Positions 9,053 through 19,020 of a stretch of DNA of 64,000 bases are shown in pieces; position 1 is the first letter of the stretch, and every line of letters begins with the position of its first letter. Below the pieces are notes generated by a model. The model was not told the origin of the DNA and ran no database searches. It saw nothing but the letters and a program-made list of their open reading frames with translations. This DNA is from Ignisphaera sp. (GTDB lineage: Archaea > Thermoproteota > Thermoprotei_A > Sulfolobales > Ignisphaeraceae), in contig JAWBDT010000002.1 in assembly GCA_038821645.1 (NCBI GenBank), positions 1-64,000 of the forward strand. Reading direction: 5' to 3'. The position numbers and the translations under genes were made by a program.

Positions 9053-10336
9053 TTATAATCTGAATGATATGAGTAGATCACTATATAGTTCCTCAGGTAA
9101 CTTGAAGCCGTAGTGTACTGATGTAAACTGTTTGCGGAAGTCTATAACCTTCTTCCTTATTTCATCAACATCTTTTCTATCTATAAGTACCTCTCTAATG
9201 AGTTTAGCTACCTCGGTAAAATCTTCTTCCTTCATTCCAAGTCTAGTCATCTCTTGGACACCGAAGCGTAGTCCACTTGGATTTTCAGGATCTAGAGAAT
9301 CCCATGGTAGCAGATTCTTGTTTGCTATGATGTTTGCTTCTTCAAGAAGTTTAGCCGCTTTTGCTGCAGGACAGTGTTTACGTATATCGACTAGAACTAT
9401 ATGGGAGCTAGTATATCCTAGGTGTTCTGCAACAACATTGAACCCTTCTTCTGCTAGACTTTCTGCAAATCGTTTTGCATTCCGTATAATCTGTTCTGCA
9501 TAAGCTTCACCGAAATACATCATCTCTAGAGCTGTTATAGCTAGAGCTGGTAATCTATGTAGATGGTGGTTGCTTACGAATTTCAGTACATTCTTTGAGA
9601 TCACTTTATAGAGTTGTGGATCATCTGTATAGAGTAGACCTCCCTGCGGCCCTGGGAATGTTTTATGAGTAGAAGAGGTAACAATATCAGCTCCTTCATG
9701 TACCGGATTAGGCCATTTCTTACCCGCTATAAGTCCTAGTACATGAGCAACATCATGGATAACTACTGCTCCAACACTATGAGCTATTTCAGCTATAGCT
9801 TTTGTTGGATGTGGGAATAGATATGCTGAAGCTCCTAGAACAACAAGCTTAGGTCTAATATTCTCGATTATCTTTCTAGAAGCATCAATATCAATGTTCC
9901 ATGTCTCTAAATCAAATGGCATCTCAATATGCTCTATGCCTAGAGCTCCTAAAACCCCTTCCCTTGTATGAGATATGTGTGCTCCAGCCTGGATAGTAGA
10001 AATAGTTGCCTTATCTCCAGCTTTAGCAACTGAAGTAAACGCAATAGCATTAGCTATAGTTCCACTTATAGCTCTAGGCTCAACAAATTTTACACAAAGC
10101 AACTCAGACATATATCTCTGAACTAGAAGCTCGACTTCATCCACATATAGACTTCCTTGATAGTATCGTTTCTTTGGCTTTCCTTCAGCATATCTATGCA
10201 TCATATCGCTAACATAGACAGCCTCAGCAAGAGGAGACATAACATTTTCAGAAGCGATAAGATTTATTGTTTCAAATCTTCTCCAACTGTTATGCCTTAT
10301 GACTAACTCAACCACAGATTTAACATTCGGAGGCAA
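9053..10336 (-). CDS. glyA: Serine hydroxymethyltransferase
   Basis: Motifs [24 protein letters not shown] (PLP lysine) and PSGLRFG. Confidence 0.96.
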   Translation of the reverse strand: MPPNVKSVVELVIRHNSWRRFETINLIASENVMSPLAEAVYVSDMMHRYAEGKPKKRYYQGSLYVDEVELLVQRYMSELLCVKFVEPRAISGTIANAIAFTSVAKAGDKATISTIQAGAHISHTREGVLGALGIEHIEMPFDLETWNIDIDASRKIIENIRPKLVVLGASAYLFPHPTKAIAEIAHSVGAVVIHDVAHVLGLIAGKKWPNPVHEGADIVTSSTHKTFPGPQGGLLYTDDPQLYKVISKNVLKFVSNHHLHRLPALAITALEMMYFGEAYAEQIIRNAKRFAESLAEEGFNVVAEHLGYTSSHIVLVDIRKHCPAAKAAKLLEEANIIANKNLLPWDSLDPENPSGLRFGVQEMTRLGMKEEDFTEVAKLIREVLIDRKDVDEIRKKVIDFRKQFTSVHYGFKLPEELYSDLLISFRL

Positions 10337-10452
10337 TACCGATTGTTATCACCGTATATGCATACAACAATAGCCGGGTATATAAATTTATATATACATA
10401 GAAGATGTAAAGGTGAAACAATTCTTAAAAAAATGTTTTTATTTTTGTTTGG

Positions 10453-10641
10453 TTATCCGCATTCTGGATAATCGTCTGGTACTTTTGCTCTAAAGTATTT
10501 TCCTGATGCTGGATCTTGGAACAAACCTATCTTTACTCCTTTTCTACCTCTAGGTGCTAAACTCCAAACCTTCTTAGGCACAAGACTTTTTTCAGCTCCA
10601 TCAGGTGTTTTAACACTTACAGCTTTACTACATGCAGCCAT
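10453..10641 (-). CDS. cren7: Chromatin protein Cren7
   Basis: '[45 protein letters not shown]' signature. ATG at 10641. Confidence 0.96.
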   Translation of the reverse strand: MAACSKAVSVKTPDGAEKSLVPKKVWSLAPRGRKGVKIGLFQDPASGKYFRAKVPDDYPECG

Positions 10642-10866
10642 AACACATACCCAAAACAGAAATAGAACAAACAAAATATATAAACATGACGTTAAGGATC
10701 ATAGAAACCAATGCACAAGTCATTGTACAAATAATACTTCAAGAGAAAAGGTAATGATAATCATGTATGCATAAAGAATAAACTGAATAGAGAATAAGGT
10801 AATACTAATGTGTTGATCTATAGACGAACAGAACTTTTAAACCATCATGTCCAAATACTGTATCTT

Positions 10867-11183
10867 GCGGTGCACAGGTAGGGCTAGGGGGCCTCCCACC
10901 CCCTGAACCCGGCGGGTTACGGGGGCCAGTAACTCAATACTGGTGTGTATAGATGTATATAACCTACTACACAATCACGATGACCCCCGCCCCATGGGGC
11001 TGGTGGTGGTGGGGCTACCTCTGGAGGGAGGTAGCTACCATCTTTACAGGGGGAAATCGGCCAGGCCCGGAAGGGAGCAACCTAACCTCTGACACCAGCG
11101 TTCATGGGTCTACGGGGTCGAGGTTCGGTTGTGTAGTAGGTTATATACATCTATACACACCAGTATTGAGGGCTGTGCACCGC
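10867..11183 (+). ncRNA. ffs: Signal recognition particle (7S) RNA
   Basis: Terminal helix GCGGTGCACAG/CTGTGCACCGC, Alu-like 5' domain, helix 6 with GGAG loop, and helix 8 GGCCAGGCCCGGAAGGGAGCAACC. Length 317 nt. Confidence 0.93.
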
Positions 11184-11203
11184 TTGTGTTGTGGTGTTGT
11201 TTG

Positions 11204-12277
11204 TTGCGTTTAGATGTTTTGGATGATAAACATGGTGTGATTAGGGTTAGAGTTGATTCTGAGGATGATCTATGGTTTCTTAGCTTATTTATTTCTTCTG
11301 GTGATCTTGTTAAAGCTTTAACTACAAGAGATGTTAGTATTGGGGATGAGAAGAGGAGACTTCCTATGGTTTTAACAGTAAAGGTGTTGAAGCTTGAGTT
11401 TCAGCCTTTTACAAATAAGTTGAGGATTCATGGTATTGTTGTTGAAGGTCCTGATCGTTTTGGTGTTTTGGGTTCTCATCATACTGTTTCTGTTGGTGTT
11501 GGTTCTGAAGTAGTGATATTTAAAAATGTTTGGGATAGAAGGACTGTGGAGGATATGTTCAAATTCTTGAAACCTATGAATCTTCTTCTGGTTTCTGTAG
11601 ATTTTGATGAGTATTCTATAGCTCTACTCCAGCTACAAGGGCTTAGGATTGTTGATGAGAAGAATGTGTCTCTTCCTGTAAGTGATGAAGGTTTTGAGAA
11701 AGCTGTAGAAGATCTTGTTGATGAACTAGCTAGAAGGATTGTTGAAACTGCTCGTAGATATAGAGTTGAAGCTGTTGTAATAGGTTCTCCTGGAGATCTG
11801 AAGAATCGTATTAAGAAAGCTATAGAGTCTCTCGATAGAGAACTCAGGATCTATACTGATAGCGTTGCAAACGGTGGTTATGCAGGTCTTCAAGAACTTC
11901 TCCATAGAGATACTGTTAGATCTATTGTAAAGGATACAGCTATAGCGAAAGCTAGTGAAATTCTAGAATACTTCGATATGCTTATGGCTAAAGATATAGG
12001 TAGAGTTGCCTACGGTATAGATCATGTAGAGATTGCTGCAGAAGTAGGTGCTATAGAAAAACTTCTAATAATAGATGAGCTACTTAGCGGATTTAGCGAG
12101 ATACGAGAAAAAATTGACAAGATTCTAAGAAATGTGGTTGAGAAAAATGGTAATATAGTGATAGTTCCAAGCAAATCACCTCCTGGTGAGAGAGTGAAGA
12201 TGTTGGGAGGAGTTATAGCAATACTTAGATATGCTCTAGATACAGAGTGGCTCAAGAATAGCAAAGACTATAACTGA
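11204..12277 (+). CDS. pelA: Pelota (Dom34) ribosome rescue factor
   Basis: 'DDLWFL....GD.V...TTR', 'EFQPFTNKLRIHG', 'GSHHT', SPG and 'GGVIAILRY'. Start taken at TTG 11204. Confidence 0.94.
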   Translation: MRLDVLDDKHGVIRVRVDSEDDLWFLSLFISSGDLVKALTTRDVSIGDEKRRLPMVLTVKVLKLEFQPFTNKLRIHGIVVEGPDRFGVLGSHHTVSVGVGSEVVIFKNVWDRRTVEDMFKFLKPMNLLLVSVDFDEYSIALLQLQGLRIVDEKNVSLPVSDEGFEKAVEDLVDELARRIVETARRYRVEAVVIGSPGDLKNRIKKAIESLDRELRIYTDSVANGGYAGLQELLHRDTVRSIVKDTAIAKASEILEYFDMLMAKDIGRVAYGIDHVEIAAEVGAIEKLLIIDELLSGFSEIREKIDKILRNVVEKNGNIVIVPSKSPPGERVKMLGGVIAILRYALDTEWLKNSKDYN

Positions 12278-12344
12278 TAGAGGATAGAGATAGGATATAG
12301 ACAACTACATGTACATGTGATACTTTATTCACAAAACCTGCTAA

Positions 12345-13493
12345 CTACCTCCTGCTATACCTATTTATGCAATAATCCATGAGTTTCTTTAATAGAACAT
12401 ACTTATACTGTTTTACTGTAGCCCAATCATTATTAAGTAGTCCACCTGTTTCAGGATGTTCAGGATTTAGAGCAAGATAGAACCAGTAACACATATCATT
12501 ATCGATAAGATACTCAATAAACTTGGTATGCCATACAGCATCTCTAGGATCACTTTCACCACATTTACCACCAAATTCAGCTATAACTATTGGATATCCT
12601 AGCTGCTTCTTCACATATCCCCAGTTCTGATACCATATGAGGTGCAGATTATCAGGAAATACGCTAGGATCATCGATATAGGATTGAACAAATATGTCAG
12701 GTCCGTAGGTATTAACACCATAGACTAGTTTATCTCTAGGTAAGTTCACAGGATAATCTTTCACTGCTCTCAAATTCTCGCCCCAGAACATTGAATCAGG
12801 ATATAGTGGTACATTATCTGATTGTGGATTGGTGAACTGCGTTCCTTTAACTATTATTAGCCAATGAGGTGCCACCTCTAGTATAGCTTTACCTATTCTT
12901 TCAGCAGCTAGATTCCAATCAGTTTTCGGGTTACCCATACCCCAGGTAGCGCTATCACCTCTTGTATAGTATGCTTGTCTAGGTCCAATACCATGGGGAT
13001 TATTAAACAATTCTGCTCCTATAACATTCCAGTATTTTCCAAATCTTTTAGCAATGGCTATCCATGTATCTATTGTATTTTGTTCACTAAATGTTTGTGT
13101 ATACCATAGAGGCTCCATAATTATACAGCTTATGTTATGAAAACATAGAAGTATGTATATACCTAGTTCAGCAGCTTTAGCTATAATCTTCTCCATTATA
13201 GATATAGAGTCTAGTCCATAGAGATCTCGATTATAGGCATAGCTTATAACTCTAGGAGCAGGCCTAACACCAGGTCTCACAGAATTAGCACAGAAGGGTA
13301 GCCTTATTGCATTAAAACCTAAACTTTTAATTGTCTGGAGTATCTCAACCCAATTTCTGATGTGGAGCCCGTGAACTACATGACTACGATACTCAAAACC
13401 AACCCATGTTACACCTAGTATGTATAGAGGGTCTTCTTTTTCATCTCTAACAACATATATTTCTGAATCTCGAACTCTGTAGTAGATATCCAT
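12345..13493 (-). CDS. GH5 cellulase-family protein with a degenerate active site
   Basis: Close in layout to the Pyrococcus-type endoglucanase (GFNAIRLPF, EPLWYT, ATWGMGNPKTDWNLAAERIG, WGENL, YGPD, EFGG), but has NNP instead of NEP and no signal peptide. Confidence 0.88.
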   Translation of the reverse strand: MDIYYRVRDSEIYVVRDEKEDPLYILGVTWVGFEYRSHVVHGLHIRNWVEILQTIKSLGFNAIRLPFCANSVRPGVRPAPRVISYAYNRDLYGLDSISIMEKIIAKAAELGIYILLCFHNISCIIMEPLWYTQTFSEQNTIDTWIAIAKRFGKYWNVIGAELFNNPHGIGPRQAYYTRGDSATWGMGNPKTDWNLAAERIGKAILEVAPHWLIIVKGTQFTNPQSDNVPLYPDSMFWGENLRAVKDYPVNLPRDKLVYGVNTYGPDIFVQSYIDDPSVFPDNLHLIWYQNWGYVKKQLGYPIVIAEFGGKCGESDPRDAVWHTKFIEYLIDNDMCYWFYLALNPEHPETGGLLNNDWATVKQYKYVLLKKLMDYCINRYSRR

Positions 13494-13514
13494 ACTGTTT
13501 TGAACCTCTCTTCA

Positions 13515-14894
13515 TCATCTCTGAACAATATTTAGGCATTTGAGTATAGATTCTTCACTAATTCTTGTTACAAGATTATATGAAGCTATATCGATAGCGG
13601 CGATACGTCCCCTAACTACGTTGTGTTCTACAGTATTTTCTCTACATATGATTTCATGAACTATATCGTATCTAGATGTCTGGGTCTGAGTATATACACC
13701 ATTGATTAACTCGAATACTGTTATCAATCCATTCTTAATATATGTAGAAAGAGATCTCAGCATTTGATCAACATATAGCGGATCATGGTGTAGATATAGA
13801 GCTTCAGTTCCATCAATTATAAAGAAGTTGATATTTTGTTCAGCAAATCGATAAAGCATAGCCTCTAACTGTTGAGAAGAGAATATCGATGGGTTAAGGC
13901 TTTCGATAAACACAGATTTCTGTAGAATATAGTGTGGAGGAGTGCCTAGGGCTTGAGCTGATTTACTTATCACTTCTTTGGTAACTTCTTTGGATTCTCT
14001 AAAGCTTAGAATTCCATAGTTTAAGCCATAGTTCATTATGAGTTTTGTTAAGAGAAGCCATATAGAGAAGGGTATTATATTGCATCTAGATACTATACCT
14101 ACATATGTACCTGAGAGTATTGATCCCCAAACAGAATTGGTGCATTCATCTCTATAGCTTGTCATAGCCATAGAGTAAGGTACTTCAGCTATTGTTGGAG
14201 ATAATAAGCATCTAATACCTCTACCTTCTTCTATTACGAACGGTATCTCTGCCATAGGTATTGATTTTCCTCTAAACTTTCTAACCTCCATAAATCTGCT
14301 TATCATTCTCTTCTCTATTCTTGTCTTGAACACAAAAACAGCATCAGCAATAAACTCTAGCCCCTTTAGATCAACAGTCTCTGTAGCAAAAGGTAGATCG
14401 GCTATTAATATTAAGAGAGCTTTAGCTACTGATGATAAGTTATATAGTGTTGAATGTAGGTATGATCTAGCTTCATCTGTTGTAAGCACATTTAGTATAG
14501 GTGTTATCGAGTCTACAACAGCTATAGAGCATCCTTCAGTAAAGATCTTGGTGCTTAACGTAGAAGTTATAGCCTCTAGCAATTCTCTACCTGCTAGAGT
14601 AGGCATATGAATGAATTCCACAAGATTCTTTTTCTCACCATATTCAAAATCCATTGAGAATTTCTTCATATAGTTATAGAATTTTTCTCTTGTTTCTGCA
14701 AGACTTATGTATACACCCTTGACATTGAATCTTAAACAATTCTCAAAAAGTATACCAGCTGCAAAAGTTGATTTACCTGCACCAGGATGACCAAGAACTA
14801 GTAGAACAGAACCAGGTTCGATATCTCCAAGCAAATCAGCTATTATCTCATCCTTAAATACAAAACCTGCAACATCACTCTTCTCAAATCCCAT
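13515..14894 (-). CDS. KaiC/RAD55-family ATPase with an intact N-domain and a degenerate C-domain
   Basis: Walker A GHPGAGKS, ISLAE, Walker B VVDSIT, EFIADAV and RKFRG. The second domain keeps IIDG but has no Walker A. Confidence 0.88.
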   Translation of the reverse strand: MGFEKSDVAGFVFKDEIIADLLGDIEPGSVLLVLGHPGAGKSTFAAGILFENCLRFNVKGVYISLAETREKFYNYMKKFSMDFEYGEKKNLVEFIHMPTLAGRELLEAITSTLSTKIFTEGCSIAVVDSITPILNVLTTDEARSYLHSTLYNLSSVAKALLILIADLPFATETVDLKGLEFIADAVFVFKTRIEKRMISRFMEVRKFRGKSIPMAEIPFVIEEGRGIRCLLSPTIAEVPYSMAMTSYRDECTNSVWGSILSGTYVGIVSRCNIIPFSIWLLLTKLIMNYGLNYGILSFRESKEVTKEVISKSAQALGTPPHYILQKSVFIESLNPSIFSSQQLEAMLYRFAEQNINFFIIDGTEALYLHHDPLYVDQMLRSLSTYIKNGLITVFELINGVYTQTQTSRYDIVHEIICRENTVEHNVVRGRIAAIDIASYNLVTRISEESILKCLNIVQR

Positions 14895-15401
14895 CTCAAT
14901 TCTCCTCTCACTATACTGCTACTAACAATAGTTACCTAATCATATTTTTACATCTCCGATAATAAGTAATTGTGTTTTGTTAGAAATATTTAAGTTTTTA
15001 GATACACAAAATCCTCAATACATATTTATGGTTAGCTACATAACTCTAATCAAGATAATGAAAATAATACCTGTTGTATTTAATTAATGTATACTTATAA
15101 AGACTATATGCTATGGCAATATTGGTGATAAGTTCTATACCTATTAACTAGATTAAATAGAGCTGTATACATATTATTAGTGCTTATAACTGTTAGCAAA
15201 TTAGTAGATCGATTACTCGATACACTTAATCTCTAAGCTTATCTTGGATACAGATTAACTTGAAGCCTTATGTATACAAGCTTAATGATTTGTGGAAACA
15301 TACCTAAAAATAATATAGTTTAGTATATCATGTAATTAGGATTGAGAAGATGATGCTATCTAGAGCACAACTTTAACAACTCTCTAAACTTATTGAGTGA
15401 T

Positions 15402-15540
15402 TTAGCTATGATATAGGTCTATGTTGATTAGTATCAGTACCTCATTCCTGCTTCCTCTACATTTTGCCTGAATCTTCATCAGGCTTAGAGGTGTTGAGGT
15501 TTTGTCATCTCAGGCATTCCATATCTTGAGTAACTCAGGA
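15402..15540 (-). pseudogene. Decayed IS200/IS605 tnpB 3' end (omegaRNA-bearing region)
   Basis: Minus strand reads ACTCAAGATATGG...CCTCAACACCTCTAAGCCTGATGAAGATTCAGGCAAAATGTAGAGGAAGCAGGAATGAGG...ATCAACATAGACCTATATCATAGCTAA. This recalls crenarchaeal TnpB tails (YSRCG...NAPKPDE.P..MQG.RDE..INLY.S*), now interrupted by stops. Recognised from memory. Confidence 0.5.
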
Positions 15541-16549
15541 AGAACCTTAATGAATTCTCAACTTCATCATAATCACCATTATCACCATGTGCAAGGCATC
15601 TATAAGTGTTTTCATTAACACCAGTTAATATGGACAGATACGAGACTCGATATAGTTACTTTAGGCTCTATACAGGTTCATCATTTCATGGAGGTGCATC
15701 ACTTGATGGTGTGTCTAAGGAGTTTCTGGATACCTTTTGAGGTTTCGTAGCTTGATGGTGTAGTTAAGTGGTGCTTAACCTTACTTCAGTAAATTTAAGC
15801 AGAAGTTATTGACTCTCAATACACACCATAAGTTTATGGAGCCCCATTGATCCTAATGACAGTGATGGAGCTCAATGTAAACTATTGGTCTCAGAATCTA
15901 TATAGTTTGTGATACAAAATCTATACTACAGAAAATCGAACTCTATCTATAATCAGACTCTATTTAGATACTAATTGTTTAGAGCTAGAGCCACAGACTC
16001 TAAATTTAATCTGTTTGAATATCGAACTAGGTCTATACATAGAAGCTACTTATTATTAATTTCTAGCAGAAGCATCTTGTTAAATACTTCATATATTTGT
16101 ACACTAATCAATATACTAGTGAGTGTATCAATTAATACATAGAATGTATGAAAAAAGATTATAGTAAGTATCTATGGAGTATACCTAAGCTATCCGCTAG
16201 TTAATTTCTGTAGATCTCTATACCCATAAGTCTTGATCTAGTTAGGAACTCTAAGTACTTTATCTATCTTGTAGTTGTACTAGATCTACAGCTCTGGAGC
16301 TCATTTACTGTACTGCTATGTATACAGTTGAATGTATATAACTATTTTGAATTGATTAATCAGGATAGAAAGAGTATCTCATCTATTCTTCTACTGGTTC
16401 AGTATATTGTTGGTGTACTGCTTGATGTATTGGTAGCCTGTATAGTGATGAACCTTACAGACAACAGGTATCTCTTGATATATGATCTACAAAATTATCA
16501 AGAATTTCGTGAAAACATGTATAGTGGATCTAGATTAGAGTAAGTTGCG

Positions 16550-17239
16550 TTAACAGGATTGTATCTTTGTTCCTATACTACCTTCTAAAGCCCTGTATAT
16601 ATTTGTAGGATCTGTTCCATTATATACCGTTACCTCTATACAGCTTCTCTTTATAATCTGGATAGCTATTGGATCCAATAATTCATATCCTCCTGCTTCA
16701 TATCTCTGGCTAAGCACTTCTACAAGCTTATCAACAGTTACTACATCAAGTTTTCTTGCATCATTATACTTTCTGGGATCTTTATCATACACACCTTCTA
16801 CATCTGTTGCATAAAGCAGCCTCTTTATCCCAAGAGATTCTGCTACAACAGCAGCTACTCCTGCTGTCGATTGTCCTGGCTGAAGACCTCCTACAACAAC
16901 TATCTTATTTGTGCTCCAAGCCCTCTGGATTTCATCTATATTTCTCGGTATAGGTGTATAGGCATTGTCTCCTATAGCTAGAGCTAGTAGAAGTGCATTG
17001 ACTCTCGCAATCTCTATACCAACTATATCGGCTTGAGCATCGTTAAGTCCTAGAGCTTTAGCACAAGTTATGTAGCTTCTAGCATATCTTCCACCACCAA
17101 CAACAACAGCTATACGATAGCCTTCACCATATAGTTTATTCATTATATCTGCATAGTCTTTGACTATAGATGGAGCTTCAGGATTTAAGAGTTTGCCAGA
17201 TATTTTTACCAAGATCTTTTTAGTCAATCCCAGCCCCAT
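16550..17239 (-). CDS. pyrH: UMP kinase
   Basis: Motifs KISG, VVGGG..AR.Y, GGLQPGQST, TDVEGVYDKDP and LLDP.A. Confidence 0.95.
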   Translation of the reverse strand: MGLGLTKKILVKISGKLLNPEAPSIVKDYADIMNKLYGEGYRIAVVVGGGRYARSYITCAKALGLNDAQADIVGIEIARVNALLLALAIGDNAYTPIPRNIDEIQRAWSTNKIVVVGGLQPGQSTAGVAAVVAESLGIKRLLYATDVEGVYDKDPRKYNDARKLDVVTVDKLVEVLSQRYEAGGYELLDPIAIQIIKRSCIEVTVYNGTDPTNIYRALEGSIGTKIQSC

Positions 17240-17328
17240 AGTGTGGAGAGTATTGAGAACTATAAATATATTCAGTATCTAATGAATCACGAAAACTCTA
17301 TATGCTGTATAGTTGCTAGATCTATACT

Positions 17329-17385
17329 GGATGATGTTAATCCCGACCGCTCCCGATAAGATGAGGTTGCGGTGGCTGGCTGACG
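17329..17385 (+). ncRNA. C/D-box guide sRNA
   Basis: Box C ATGATG(T), guide, D' CCGA, C' ATGAGG, guide TTGCGGTGGCTGG, D CTGA. GC-rich island in AT-rich intergenic DNA. Confidence 0.8.
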
Positions 17386-17480
17386 AAATGTTTATTGATA
17401 CCATGTCTAGAAGTTATGGATAGTGGCTAACCATTCCATCTAAAGACATTACTAAAAGCTTGGGTAATGTTTAGAGCAAA

Positions 17481-17524
17481 CAATAGATTTCACAAATCTA
17501 TTGAGATTGATTCAATAGATTTGT
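17481..17524. repeat. Triple CAATAGATTT motif including a perfect 13-bp inverted repeat
   Basis: ACAAATCTATTGA (17492-17504), 7 nt, TCAATAGATTTGT (17512-17524). A third copy lies at 17481-17490. Confidence 0.75.
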
Positions 17525-17604
17525 TGAGAACACAGAATTACGTTAATACTATACTATTAAAATATGTGTCTAGTCTTTTTATGAAGATGTAGTTTAGGAT
17601 ATGT

Positions 17605-18681
17605 CTATAAAACTTTTGCAGCTTCTTCTAGTAATGGATCAAGGAATCTGTTTTCATTGTCTATTATAGAGTGATTTCTTAGTGTATGTAGAATCTCATA
17701 TATAACTCTATCACTTATAGACTTGCCCTCAGATTCCTCGAGTCTCTTCTTTAATTTTCCCCATTCTCTTACACCTAACGAAAGCAGCCTCAAAACCATC
17801 TTATACCTTTCTCTACTTACCCTATAGTTGATAAAATTCTCAAGTTCTTTCTTAGCCATTTCTACAGCATCTCTCCATATATCATCCATATTTTTACCTT
17901 GAAATACAGTTGAATAACCATAGTACGTAAGCCAACCAATTATACCATCTAGTTTATCTACTGCTTCATTGATTCTGTCTATACTCACATCATAGTTTAC
18001 TTCATTAAAGCCCTTCACTAAGAATTCTACAGCTTCTTCTCTTCTAAGTCTTCTAGTCTTAACCTCTAGATAAGCTCTACCATATAGAGGTGCTTCAGGA
18101 TCTTTTAAAAAACGGTATATAACACCCATCTCTGAACCACTAATAATGAACGAGATGTTCTTTAAATGATCGTAAGAATATGCTAAAGCGTTTTGAAGAG
18201 CCATCCCTATACCTCCAACAGCTCTCTGAAGTTCATCAAAAACCATCACCACCTTTACTCCATGTTCTTCAGCAACTCTATCTAGAGCTGTAAACAGTTG
18301 TGTAAGAAGGGGCCTATCTCGACCCCAGCTAAACTCTATACTTATCCCAGAAATAGAGACACCCTTTACAATACTCAAGATCTTTACCAACGATTCATAG
18401 AAACTTCTAAACCTAGACATCCTTGAAGCAAATTCCGATATACTTACAGACAGGGTTTCGTAGAGATCTCTCCAAGATCTAACAAATCCCCTTAGATCAA
18501 CAAATACGTAAGGGATACCGGACTCCTCAAGAACAGTCAGTATCAGAGATGTTTTACCTGTTCTCCTAAGACCAGTAACAACAAGTAGGGGGTGCCCCAG
18601 AAACTTCTTCAACATATTGAACTCTTCATCAAAATTGAAAAGATCTTCTTTTCTCCTTTTAGGTTTTGGATCAAACAACAT
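17605..18681 (-). CDS. Archaeal AAA+ ATPase (ATPase_2 family)
   Basis: MLFDPKPK..EDLF, GLRRTGKTS, VFDELQ, SGSE.G, PLYGR, LDGIIGWL and DP near the C-terminus. Confidence 0.92.
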   Translation of the reverse strand: MLFDPKPKRRKEDLFNFDEEFNMLKKFLGHPLLVVTGLRRTGKTSLILTVLEESGIPYVFVDLRGFVRSWRDLYETLSVSISEFASRMSRFRSFYESLVKILSIVKGVSISGISIEFSWGRDRPLLTQLFTALDRVAEEHGVKVVMVFDELQRAVGGIGMALQNALAYSYDHLKNISFIISGSEMGVIYRFLKDPEAPLYGRAYLEVKTRRLRREEAVEFLVKGFNEVNYDVSIDRINEAVDKLDGIIGWLTYYGYSTVFQGKNMDDIWRDAVEMAKKELENFINYRVSRERYKMVLRLLSLGVREWGKLKKRLEESEGKSISDRVIYEILHTLRNHSIIDNENRFLDPLLEEAAKVL

Positions 18682-19020
18682 ACTTTCGCACCAGAATAAG
18701 CTTCCGTACTGAAAGCTTAAAATCTTTAATACCAAATAACTATTTTATCAATCAAAATTCTCGCTATTCTGGATGAGAGGAGGTCAGACTATTGCATGAG
18801 CCTCAGAAATACTGTAAAACGATAATCTTATTTATGAATAATCATTATCTAATTAGAGAAAACTGAATGAATCAGCAAATACATGGTCACAATATCTTAT
18901 TGATTATGGAGTGCTCTAGGCTATATCTAAGATATAGAAACACAATCATTGTGATATTAAGATCAACTGTCTATACAGGATATACATATCTAATAGTTTA
19001 ATTCATAGTTTAATTCAAAG

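Noticed and set aside
10953-11213. 86-aa ORF and the 5' extension of the pelota ORF
   Set aside because: They overlap the SRP RNA and are spurious frames.
16328-16543. 71-aa ORF in the gene-free tract
   Set aside because: TTG start, no SD and no recognisable motif.
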